Shown here one piece after another: positions 1 through 11,976 of a DNA stretch of 64,000 nt; position 1 is the stretch's first letter, and every line of letters begins with the position of its first letter. Under the pieces are notes generated by a model. The model ran no database searches, was not told the DNA's origin, and saw only the letters and a program-made list of their open reading frames with translations. Origin of the DNA: Pelomyxa schiedti (lineage: Eukaryota > Protista > Evosea); NCBI GenBank assembly GCA_020536535.1, contig JAHLWZ010000091.1:6803-70802 (forward strand), in the 5' to 3' direction. A program made the position numbers and the translations under genes.

Positions 1-700
1 TACAGAGTCATATGGTCTCCCTTCAAAGGCAGTGTAGATTTCGAAGTTCATTCTCCAGCCTCTTTGAAATTCTTCAGGGAAGAGAGTGCTTGTTTCAAAG
101 TAGAGAACATCCGAGTTGGCCCGCAGTCCCATCACTTTGGTGTTGTTTTTGACCCCACTTGATCTGCAGTCATCCCACTCGATAGCAGCCTATTCATGGT
201 TGTTAGTTTTGCCTATTTGAGGGGAGTACTCCAAATACCCTATAGGACTCCGAGCCAGGGCAACCGTATCTACATCCTCCTTGTTGTATTCCAGCAAAAT
301 AACCACACCCACCTACTGATCATCTCCATTCATAGCCAAACAAATCAATGCGAAATTGAACATAGTAGCTCCCTTCATTGTAAACACAGCCACAACATCC
401 TGCCACAAGGAATGTTACTCACCCAACTCACCAGTCTGCCAAACTACTTCCTCTTCACCTTCACTCATATCACACCATCCAACCAAACCACAGCAGTTTC
501 TCAACTGGAAGTCTCAGTCCTATTCATTCATTTGTTGGTACAGACAATCAACCTTTGTTTTCCGAGAAATCTTCATTGTCATCACCCCTTGGGTCGAGCG
601 TCTTGACGTGGTCCAAGCGCCACACCACCCCCACCAGCTAATCCCATAATTCCGCCGACACTCTCGCTCCCGATGATGGCATCACACCCCGCCGTGCTGC
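1..700 (-). pseudogene. Possible decayed or unresolved protein-coding sequence
   Basis: Protein-like stretches (LVGVVWRLDHVKTL, VGWCDMSEGEEEVVWQ, QDVVAVF) interrupted by stops in all three minus frames; truncated by the window edge. Confidence 0.25.
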
Positions 701-857
701 ATGAACCACCACCGTCAGCACGCTCGTCGGCGAGGCCACCAGCAACACAACTGAACACAACAAAAAGCTACGGCCTGAGCCACGGATGAATGACACGTCC
801 GCTTCATTTTTTAGCAGGCCACCAGCTCGTAATCATTGTTTGATTGATTCGACGAAA

Positions 858-2727
858 ATGGCTTCGGTGTCGAGATACGTCAACCAGGAGAACGAGGCAA
901 CTTCGTGCTGGTTGCGCCCAGAGGTAGTGGAGTTCCTGTCGCGGGAGGACATCTATGGCCCACGGGTGTCCCAGCTCCGCCGCGTCATCGCCACCCCGCC
1001 CCCGCTCACCACCCTCCGCGCCAACTTGGCGCCCGGCAGAACCCCAGTCCGCGGCGACGTCGGCGGACCCAACACCAGGGCGAGCCCCGCAGCCGACGCC
1101 GACGCCGCCACCGCAATCACCACCAGGGCCCAGGTGGCGCAGCACCTCCGCGACAAGTTGGGTGCCTCGTTCGACGTGGCGTGCGACGACCGGCTGCCGG
1201 ACCTCATCGTGGTGCGCTCTTCGGCCTCGTCGCGCGGCCGCGGCGGTGGCGCAGCGGCGGACTCCCACTCGTCTGAGCCGCCTGCGCCCGCGCCCGCTGA
1301 GTCTGCAAGCGCACCGCCGTCTGCCACGACGACCGCCACGGCTTCGACGGTGACGAAGGGCGAGGAAAAGGGGTTCCCTGAGGTGATTGTGGATGCGAAA
1401 TGTGGAGAAGCAGTCATGCGCGGCGCTGAAGTTTTCGCACCAGGTTTGTCATCCAATTGTGTATTGTTATGGGACTTGAGCTGTAGGATTTTTTTTGTTT
1501 TTTTTCTAAGTTTTTTTTTCCCCCCCTAATTTGGAGCTATGAAGGAGTTGTTGGTGCTGAAACAGGGATAAATACTGGGCATACTGTGGCCGTTTATGCT
1601 GATGCCGATGGAACATGCAAGAAAGGTGAAACCAACAAATTCTTGGGAAGGAAAGTGTTTGTTGGGAATGGTGTTGCAATGATGGGAAGGAGCTTCTTTT
1701 ACAAGGTTTGGTTTACCTGTGGCGTGCACGCCCAATAATTGACACGAAGAAGCGTAGGTTAAAACAGGTGTTGCTGTGCAGATGACAGAGCGGGTTTATC
1801 ATATGCCACCTCTGAATGGGTTCCTTGAAGACGTGCTTTTTCTCCAGAATTTGCCTTCAATGCTTGTGGCCCCGATTCTGTCACCCACTCCAGGCTCCTT
1901 GGTATCTATCCATGCAACTGCGCATTCCACCTAGCTCATCGACGGATATTTTTGTAGATTCTGGACATGTGTGCTGCACCAGGTGGAAAGACCTCACACA
2001 TTGCTTCCATCATGGAGAACAAAGGGAGAGTGATAGCAATTGACAAGACACCCCAAAAGGTTGTACAACTCAAGGCAACCTGTTCCCGGCTTGGTGCCAC
2101 TTGTGTGGAGTGTTACAGCTTTGACTCAACAAAGCTGTTATCAGAACCTCCCTCCCATTCAACATCCAACTCAACTCCGGCAGCAGCCACAACTGCTTCA
2201 ACCAACCCATCAACTGCAACATCTTCAGCCGCAATGCACGTGACAATAGATAATATTGGGGTACCACCTTATCCACCAAATACATTTGATGCCATTTTGC
2301 TGGATCCCCCGTGCAGCGGAATTGGACTGCGGCCATGCTTACGTGAGCCAATGCATTTGAAGGACCTAGAAGGGCACTGCCGGTACCAACGGAAGGTTTG
2401 TTTTGCCGAACCTCACATTGAAATTCACAAAAATTACAGCTAATCCACGTTGCCGTTGCCTTGTTGAAGCCTGGAGGAACTCTCGTGTACAGCACATGCA
2501 CAGTGAACCCACAGGAAGGCGAGCAGAATGTGCACTTCATACTCACCACTTTCCCAAACATGCAACTTGTGGCACCACCACAGTTTGTTCACGAATTTGG
2601 GGGAATTGGAAGGAATGGAACTGGCCTGACTGCGGACCAAGCCAGAATGGTTGTGCGGTTTGATCCCTGTGTGCAAACTGATCACCCTGCTTTCTTTGCT
2701 GCAAAGTTCAAGAAGAATAGTGTTTAG
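858..2727 (+). CDS. NSUN6: NOL1/NOP2/Sun family RNA cytosine-C5 methyltransferase with PUA domain (NSUN6-like), spliced
   Basis: PUA-type VIVDAKCGEAVMRGAEVFAPG, SAM motif DMCAAPGGKT, DAILLDPPCSGIG and catalytic LVYSTCT lie in successive exons; stop TAG at 2725-2727. Confidence 0.9.
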
Positions 2728-2818
2728 AATAACACCATTTTAATTTTCTAAATAAATGCTTTGCACAGTTGCTGCAAAGTCTTCAAAAAAAAAAAAAAGT
2801 TTTTTTTTTGTTTTTTTA

Positions 2819-4525
2819 TCAAGGAATAATGGCACGACACTCAAAGTAGTACCTCTTTTCATTTGCTTCTCCCATGCTGAATGTTTTTCGTGGTACAACG
2901 CCCATTTCCACAACACCAATGAACAGGTCGGACTTGTTCATTGCTGGGAGGAAGAACCCACAATTGCCGGGTTTCTCCTTGCCCACTGTGACAACTACAT
3001 TGTCACCATGGACATAGTCAATGTTATTTCGGGGGATGAGTGCGTCGAGAGCAGGCTGGAGTGTCCCAACTGCCAAGGTATGGGTAGGGTCTTTAATGGT
3101 TACCTGTTGTAAGGAGTTAGAGGGGAGATGAAATGTGGTAATACAAACCACGCCACAGGCACTTTGCGACACAAAGCCAAATTTGTGAGGAGGGGTGTTA
3201 GCATTTGCTTTTACTCTGGTAACCATCTCCTCAACGGCACATGGTTCGAATACAAAGCGGGCTGCTCCGTAGAAATCTCGAAGTTGATCCAGAATGTTTG
3301 GCTTTTCGGTGGTTAATTTCGCTGTCAGAGTAACACTCAACGAACCTGTGTGTTGAAGCACACCCTATGGATAGGTGCAAAATGAAGTCCGGAGTCATGA
3401 ACATTCTCAAGTTCAACAAGTGCCCATCGTGCAGGATGGGTATTTGGGTCAGCCCCTTGATTGAAGTTTAAATTGTGCCTTTAGCAAAGCTGAAGTACCA
3501 TTTTCTTTATGCATCTCCCATACCCTCTTAGCGGTGGCAAGAGAGTGATTTCCGTCACCAACGGCATAAATTAAGGGATTTTTCCCAGGTCCATACCTTT
3601 TCGTGAGTGAATATATATTGTATTTCCAGTCACAGATGATTACTTGGATGCCTGTGCGGCGGGTGTTGCCAATCCATCAAGAGCCGCGCATACGTTGGCT
3701 TCAAGAGGTTTGGGTACAGAGTACCCAGTGAGATGCCCACCCTCCATCATAAGCTCTACATCGTAAAGCTGGAAGGAAAAATTAATAGACGAAAAGAAAT
3801 GAAGATAAATTACTTTGGGGAGTGTCCCTTTGGTTGCAACCAAAGGTTCGATGACGGTGTGGTGAGGGTCATCGATAAGAACAAGGATATGAGGAACCTC
3901 AATTTTGGCTCCTGTAGGGGAAAGGGTCAAAAAGTTAATCTATCTTTTCATAATAACCTGTTCTGATCTTGATGCGTGGAGGAAGTCTCTCCACAATTGT
4001 ACCCTCAGTTGGGCGGATGAGAGTCTGCGATCTCGGAGAGAACTCGTATTTCTCAAGGTCGATTTCAATCATGAGCCCATGGCGCAAGTGTCCATCTGAC
4101 ACTCGCTCAACCAGGATGAATCCGTTGTGAGGGACGAGCAGGCCCTTCAAAAAGATGTTAGAGATTGTGAGACATAAAAAATGCTCGAAAAAAACCTGAG
4201 CAAGGTACGAGGTCATTGCGCCTTGAATTGCTGCGATTCGCTTGTTCGCACTTGTTTCGTCCTCATTCAAATAGACCTCGGGATAGATCATCCTCAAGGT
4301 AGATGGTGCGGCTCCAACAATTCTTTCAACTTCAGCCCAGTATTGTGGCTCAGCTGTGTACTACAGAGCGAAACCCGTTAGTCCCAACAAGCGCAAGAGG
4401 GAAAGAAAAACAAAGGAACAGGAAGGTGGATCTATGTGTACCTGGTCGCAAGCAACAGTGGACCATTTACGGAGATCTGAGCCATTTGCGGGCAAAAGAA
4501 CGGTAGGGACGCGTGCCGCTTGCAT
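2819..4525 (-). CDS. DUF1015 family protein (bacterial-type, ParB/Srx-like motif), spliced
   Basis: Joined exons give KWSTVACDQYT..EPQYW, LIRPTEGTIVERLPPRIKIR, PHILVLIDDP, AVGDGNHSLATAK and C-terminal VPRKTFSMGEANEKRYYFECR, all typical of DUF1015. Confidence 0.85.
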
Positions 4526-4897
4526 CTCAGGGTTTTTTCTTTTTTTTTCTCGTTTCTACGTTGATCGTTTTTTGTACCCTTCGACCTGTCTAGGCCGAGC
4601 CCCATTCGGAAATTCCGTGACTTTCCACAAAGATGGATCCTTTTGATAGCCACAGAACCGATTCGGCCAGTCAAAGGAGTTACTCCTTCAGGGAATCGAG
4701 CCAGGAATCTCCTACTATTCTCCCACAACGGCTAAGGCGGGTAATCTCTCAATCTCCCATTCCAGAGAATTAAGGTCCGCATCATCACCACATCGAGCAC
4801 CTCGGTTTTTCGCAATCGCGGAATACCAAGTACATATCGTATTCAGATGAACGTCTGGGATTTCAAATCAAAGCCAAAGAAATAGAAAAAACCGTGT

Positions 4898-7800
4898 ATG
4901 GAACCACGACTTCGTCGCAGCGTGTCGCTTTTGGTGGTGGCGTGTCTATGGTTGCTTGCATTTGCGTCTACGTCACATGGCCAAAAGCTCACTGGTTACG
5001 AAGAGCTTGCCCAGGTCTTTTTTTTTTTTCCCGTGCTTTCAGATGTATGATTTTTTTTTGGTGTCTTCACTTATTGTTATTACTTCTTTATGTCTCCTTT
5101 TTCTTTGGGTTTTTTTATTATTATTATTGATGCTTCTTCATTTTGTGCAGTGCCTTGATACAGCGTATCTTGTGGCTGGAATCACAGGTTCTGTGGATAA
5201 GCTTATTACCAAAGTCAGAAACATGACAAGTGACGATTACCTTGTTAGATACCAAGTATTTGATAGTACGTTATGGCTTCTCCTCATTTTCTCCTCTTTG
5301 GCAAGGATTGCTATGGCATTGAAGACACCAATATTACTTTATATTGGCCGGAGCCAACCCCAGGTGGAGCCTTGGATATAGCACTCACAAGTGGAACTAT
5401 CCGTCTAGGGGCCCTACCAGTGGATGGCCAAATTTCTGATGGCATTAAAATGTTTAGTGACAGGATTACGGCAATGTACCGCTTCATTCTATCTCGCTCG
5501 TCTTCACTCCACATAGCATTGCTGCTCACTATGGTATCAAGTCCCTAAAGCTTAATATGACTCGGTATACTGATGTGGACTCATTATTACATGATATTGA
5601 TGAACGTGTTATATATGGTGGTGCCACTTTTTCCTGCAACACTTTCATCCAACACGTCTCCTAGGTTCAATGCCCATGTTTTCGTTGGGAACCGTTGCCA
5701 GTCAACAACGCATTTCCACGTTGTATCGCACATGTTGCTCTTATATTACAGGGCACACTTATGCTTTTTCCCCAAAGCAGTACAATGTTCTTCTTCTCGA
5801 TTTGAAGGCATCCAATTCACAGTATTTTGGCAGATAACCTCAGTTGACGCTTTACGTAAAGCTTTATCAAGCACACCCGGTTCCACTGTATCCAATGTAT
5901 TCAATTCAATGAAAAAATAACTCGGTCTAGTTAGCTGCAGTGTTGATTGGAACTCACCAAGTAGTCCAAGCAAACTTCCCCACAACCCTTGTGTGGCTGT
6001 TCAACAATGTTTCGACAGCTGTTGAAGCAATGCTCCAGCCTGATGCAAGAATTTTGGCAGTGAGTGGAGAATCTTGGGAGGTATGCGCATATTTACCAGC
6101 CACTCTACTGAGCGATCTAGTTTTTTCACAACCCCGACTGGGATGGTTATCCACTAGACTTTTATTCCCCCACAGTAATAATTGTTCCCAAAGAAACCCG
6201 CATCGAGGATAAAGTACAAAAGCTGTATTGTTTTAGCAAACTGACTTTTGGTCATAGGTTGCAGTGGGTGGTACAATTGAGAACTGGCAACAGGGGAATG
6301 AGGACCTAGCAAATGTGTATGACGCTGCTGTGTTGAACATGTTTCAATGGAATTACTTTCAACAGCACTTCGGATCTCTCACAAGCGTGCGCATTGCTGT
6401 GCGTTCTCCTCTTCAAAACTACATCATAACAAATTTTAGGATTGTGTCAATGGCGATGGATTCTCTTTCCAGCAACCAAGAGGTTATCATATTTCATTTC
6501 TCATATTCCCCCTTATGAATATAGAGGGAGTTCTGGCAACAGTATATACCACAGGTATTATACGTGTAGGAGTTTCCAGAAGAGAAGAAGGAATCCTCCT
6601 AACTGCTGTCTCTCAAAACAACATTTCGGGTCTAATTGTTGATGCTGAGCAGCAAATATGTGCTAGGTGAAACTCCCAATTTGTACCTGTGTTCTCAAGT
6701 GTTTTCAGTATTTCTGTGAACCTGGGAAAGTTCATTAATCCACAGTACTTTTATTATGAAACAGATGAACTCCTCTTGGAGGCGTTGGCAACTGGAGAAA
6801 TTGATCGTATTTTCACGTAATATTATAACACCTTTGATTTAATACCCCTTTTTTTGCCTCCAACAAAAGACACACTTCCTGTTGTATTTGAAGGTGGTGT
6901 CATATCAAATGGCACACTCAAACGCTGGGTGTATCGCTCTTCATGTATTTCATTCTCAGATTTCTCTTATATCTTGGCGAGAACTCCACTTGCAACAGTC
7001 TCGGAACTACCAATTACTAGTTCTAGCAAGGTTTGCTATTTCTTTTTTTCTCCAGCATCACCTACGATTTAATGTTCCCATTCTCCCCAAGACTGGTGGG
7101 GTACTCTCCCGGAGCTGCAATGCTTTGAAAATCGTGTACCAAATACGATGCACTCACGAGTATGACACTATGGACGAGGGGCTGGCAGCTCTGCGCGGTG
7201 GCATTATTGATTACCTTGTTGCTGATGCATGGCTTATACGTCAAGCCAATGTAACGGGCCTGTACAATACTAGTACTACAGTTATGGCACCACGAGTTTC
7301 ATTTTTCAGAAAGGACAAAGTTTATGGTATGGCCTTGGATCCAATGAGCTGGTGTTTCTAATTGTTATCAAAGCCTGCGGTGATGATATTTATGATGCAT
7401 CCCTTGGGGAAGAATGTGAAGTCAAGGGATTCGGTTGTTCCCAGACTTGCTCTTGCATGGAAGGATTCCGAGTTATCGGGAATTACTCTTGTGAAGAAGT
7501 GAATGATGATGGTCCCAGTATTGTGGGAATTGTTGTCGGTGTTTGCCTTGGTTCTGTGGCGCTTATCCTGGGGGCCTTAGTTGGTACTATCCTGGTTGTA
7601 AGACATATGAACAAGTAAGTTCTTTTTCCCTATATCCCGTTCTAATTTTTTTAAGGCAAACTCAACTTGAAGCTGCAATCAGCCTTGAACAGAGACAATT
7701 TTTGAAACGGGAAAAAAAAGAAGCTGAAGAGTTTTTTGATGCATCTAAATCCACGTGTGTTTGTGTTTGTGTTTCTTCCACTTCAATATAACAATTGATT

Positions 7801-9761
7801 AGATTGGTGGAGAATCCCGACGATTTCATGCTCGGGCTATCGATTTCTGAGTTCACCTTTGGGGGTTCATCTCTCAAAGCTGTTGACACTAAACTGGAGG
7901 AAGTGTTCCAAATTACAAACGAGACTAAAAATACAATCTACTGGTCGTTTTATTGCCCCCAGTCACATAAATTTGCCCTGCAAATGGAACCTCAATCAGG
8001 ATCTCTGGACCCAGTATTCTCCACAAAATTTTTTTACCTTGTCTTACCCCCTGTAGATGACGGAGTGGGACATCACTTGCACAGCCATGGTGTACTGCAC
8101 AACCTCCGTACAGACACATCTTGCTATTGTTGCTGGGACAAGTTCGCTAATACCCTTTCCAACTTCATTCTAAACCAAGTTCCACAGAGCACAACAAGGA
8201 ACAACAGCGTTTCAACATTCCGTTGAATTTGAAAACCATGAACTCGAACAAGCTTGACCCAGATGAACTCGAAACTGACAAGCAAATAGGTACACTTCTA
8301 ATTTCTCTTACTCTGGCCCTTTGGCTAAGACATGAAGGTGAGGGCACTTTTGGAATTGTTTTTAAGGGTACCTGGCGAGGAGCTGAAGTTGCAATTAAGG
8401 TTATTAAGTCCATTTCTTGGTAAAGTCCTGATAAAAATGATAAGGTTCTGAAAAATCAGGATCAAACCTACACCAAGCAAAATAAAGAGGATTTTGAGCG
8501 TGAAGTATGTTGAATTATGGACTCGATTAATTAATTGATTTTATCCAGGTTCAAATGATGGTTTCTTTGAAGCACCCTCAGGTCCTCTTAGCTTAGTGCT
8601 ATCACCTTAAACCTAACACGTTCCTCCAATCACAGATTGTTACATTCTATGGTGCTGTATTTGTTCAAGGATCTCTGGCTATTGTTACAGTACATCTTTT
8701 GCATTATTACTTCACCTGTTTCGTAAGGACTTATACCCTTTCCAGGAGTTCATGCCATACGGTAACTTACAAAGCCTAATGAAGGACACGAGCAATCCTT
8801 TGTCCTTTAAACTCAAATGCAAATTCATTCTCGACTGTTCTAAGGCCATGGACTTCTTGCATCATGTTTTTTATTCTTAATGTAGCTCTTTTCTAACTTG
8901 GTGTTTCTAGAGTAATGTGATTCACAGGTTTCCAAGTCTTTCTTTTTTTCTTTTTCACTCAACTGCTCACAGAGATCTCAAGCTTGAAAATTTACTGGTT
9001 GCATCTCTGGATGCTTCTGCTTTTGTGTGTGCCAAGATCACAGATTTGTATGCTGAATGCAAACCGCATCGTTACAACTAATCACTCTAAAAAGCGGTAC
9101 CACAAAGGCAGTCCAAGATTCTCACACTTCACAACATATGACGAAGGCCATTGGAACCCCTATTTATATGGCTCCTGAGGTGAAGTACACTTGTTATCGT
9201 TTGGTTTTTCTCATTAGGATTGCGAAAGGTCTTTGAAAAATCACTTTACAGTACAAAAACAGACGTTTTCAGGTATGGCTGTTGCTAAATATCTCCTTTT
9301 TCAAATTTTCTAGCTTTGCCATAATGTGTTGGATTTTGTTCACTGGACAAGGTATTGATACTCTTCCGCATACAAATAACCAACATTCAACTCAGAGCCC
9401 TACACTGAGTTTGGTGATTCAATTTGGAGTATGCTTTTTTTCTTTCAATCCTTGGCAACTTAGCACTAACAATACAACCACAGAGATTGGTGACTTTTTA
9501 TTGAAGGGAGAGGTACGAGTTTCTATCTACTTTAGAATAACTTGTTCACACCGTTACCCTCCAGCGGCTCCCAATCCCTGCTGATCTGAATCCCAAAATT
9601 GCCGACCTGATAAAGATCTGTTGGGACCAAGACTCAAACAACAGACCAGGTTTGTACACCAAAACATCTTTTTGCAGTCAAATGACACAACTCTAGATTT
9701 CTCAAGTATCATTGTTATGGTTCAGGAGCTTAGTGTAAAGAAACACCACCACAAACACTAA
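4898..9761 (+). CDS. Type I transmembrane TKL-group receptor kinase: signal peptide, PBP2-type solute-binding ectodomain(s), Cys-rich stalk, TM helix, Ig-like juxtamembrane domain, kinase
   Basis: MEPRLRRSVSLLVVACLWLLAFAS signal peptide; YDTMDEGLAALRGGIIDYLVADAW; CGDDIYDASLGEEC; TM IVGIVVGVCLGSVALILGALVGTILVV; GEGTFGIVFKGTWRGAEVAIK, HRDLKLEN, DFG, GTPIYMAPE. Confidence 0.85.
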
Positions 9762-9887
9762 ACTGATCACCCTAGCTGGAGAACCAGCATAAACCACAGC
9801 ACCAGTGACAACCCTCTTTTTGTGTTAAATATACTACAAAGAAGCATAGTTTATTCCACAACATCCACTGAAGGTTACTTTTTTTTG

Positions 9888-11145
9888 TTACAATCTTCTT
9901 CGTTTTGAAGAAAAACACCCTCCTTGTTGCTGCCGCGCCGATTCCCTTTTCCTTCCTTCACTAGTATCTTCCTCCAAATCAGAGTTGTAATCACTGTCAT
10001 CCTCTCCACTCCCAGTCCCACAAGATGACAAGCTGTCATCACTTCGGAATCCTTCATCAGCACTGGAATCATCACTCGTCTTAGAAGTCCTTGTTGAACG
10101 ATGGTGGAGGCACGAGGGCCGGTGCGTGGGATGCAAACCCTGGTCCTCCACCTCGTCATCGTCGGAAATGGTTCTGTCCAAATAAGAAGCTCTTCTCAGT
10201 TCCGGGAAAGCACTCGCCAAGCAGCGCTGAACTCCCGGAGGAAGTTCCGCGAATGTGTTAGTAGCAGTGCCTCCATCATCCAGTGCCTCTTCCACATCGT
10301 TGAAGGTGATGGAGTAGTGGGATACCAGCCAGTGAACAACGCTAATGTGCCCACCAAGGCAGGCAGAGCGGAGAGAGAGTAGAACGGGACAATGCTTATC
10401 TCTTGTCTCAGCACTCCTGGATATGCCCCACGTGGGGAGTGCGAGGTCACCCAGTGAAGCTGCCCACTGTGCGATGCCAAGCCAACCATTTTGGCAGCTG
10501 GTTTGAAGTACCTCAAATTCATTGGCAGCCAGGTCGTCGGGCTTAAGCCTGAAGGAAGTGTGCAACCATTTGAGGAAGTTTAGGTGCCCGTGAGTAGCAC
10601 CAACTCGGAGAACAAGGTTGTCACAGTCCCCCTAAGGTGAGTTGCAAGAAAAACTTTCACTTTTACACGCAGTAGCATTAGAATCATAATAATAAAAAAA
10701 GTATATTCCAGAGACAACTCAAAGGTTCAACAAGACTTGGGAGTTGGAAATTGAACCTGGAGAAACTTGACACCAGTTGCCAGCCTGATGAAAAACCTGT
10801 CCGACTCAGTCTCGCACACGTCGGGCTTCGTGAGACCCCTGACGAGCCTGAGGGCCTCGGCGGGCCTCACGTACCCCCACCTCGCGCACACGATCACCAC
10901 GTCCGTGGGCGAGACGCACCACGCGCCGTCGGTCACGTAGCGCGCCACGGGCCGAGACAGAAGCGGGAGGGCCTGCGAGAGGCGCAGCAGGGCCACCAAG
11001 TTGGAGCCGCACGGGGAGGAGTACTGGGTGGGGACGACGCCGGACCTGCAAAGTGAGTTATGGGTGGCGGAACCCCAAGGGAAGAATTAACCAACCACAG
11101 CCCACGGCACAACAGAGAGACCCACGCCCGCTCTTTGGCGTTCAT
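9888..11145 (-). CDS. Ankyrin-repeat-like protein with acidic C-terminal tail (lineage-expanded type)
   Basis: Degenerate ANK repeats GATHGHLNFLKWL, SCQNGWLGIAQW, ACLGGHISVVHWLV; two inferred introns. Confidence 0.65.
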
Positions 11146-11318
11146 CAACTATTTGTTTTCAGGAAGAAGTACAACGAAAAAGTCAGTCTCTTGATGATCT
11201 TGGTCACCCAACGCGTGCTGGTTGTTTTGTGTGGGTAGGGATGAGAGAACACTCTTTTCCAGGTTAGCTCACCTACGTCTTCAACACCCTCTCCAACAAA
11301 AAAAGTGGGTTGCGTGGT

Positions 11319-11684
11319 TGCGTCAAGCGTGGTCTGGTGGCTCAGCGAGCCATTCCCATTAAGTCAGTGCCTCCCGGCATCGCCCAGGCAGGGTCCTGTT
11401 TGACGAGGACTCCTGCTCAAGCGTGCAGCAGGCGGGATTGTTTGTTGGGGAGCCTCGGCTCGACTACCTGCCGGGTCGCAGGCTCCCCTAATGGGAACGG
11501 GATTGGTGGTCCCGTTACCCCGATGAAGCACTGGCAGGCCGAGTTTAGTACCCGGTGTCGCAGAACTTTGCGACAATGACAACCGTCATCGTGCCAGAGA
11601 CCCCAGCGGGGTAATGAGGCCCAATCGATGGAGATGGTGGTAGCCCCATCCTCGCAGTTGGGATCGGCGAAAAGACGCATTTTT
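11319..11684 (+). ncRNA. Unassigned structured RNA of about 365 nt, probable Pol III transcript
   Basis: Terminal helix TGCGTC/GACGCA followed by TTTTT; at least 9 internal stems with G-U wobbles on the + strand; A-box-like TGGCTCAGCGAG at 11338-11349; lies between divergent protein genes. Confidence 0.6.
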
Positions 11685-11976
11685 CGCAAAGGTCGTCGGA
11701 AGATTCCATTCAGTCGAATTGAAACAAATGTTTGAAGTAACGCTCGTGCTTTTTATGCACACAACCCGAAGTTTTCTCATCTTCTCCACTCTGATAAAAT
11801 CACTTTTCATCTCGTACATTTCATTATGGGATGGGTCTGGACCCGAGCAAACGGAAGCCCACGATTCAGACTGCTCATCGTTTAGTCGCGGTGTATACCG
11901 GCGCAACTTGCAAGTTCACCTCATCCACGTCTCTCAGAAATGGTTTCTGCCATCAATCCCTCGCTTTCTTCCAGAA

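Noticed and set aside
4688-4790. Minus-strand GTGATGA...CTGA and B-box-like GGCTCGATTCC (snoRNA or tRNA remnant)
   Set aside because: No terminal stem, no cloverleaf and no convincing antisense element
11535-11700. HDV-like ribozyme (TCCTCGC loop, GGCGAA) or cobalamin-riboswitch resemblance (AATGGGAA, GCCAGAGACC) within the structured RNA
   Set aside because: P1.1/P2 topology and the T-loop motifs cannot be built; the matches are short isolated words
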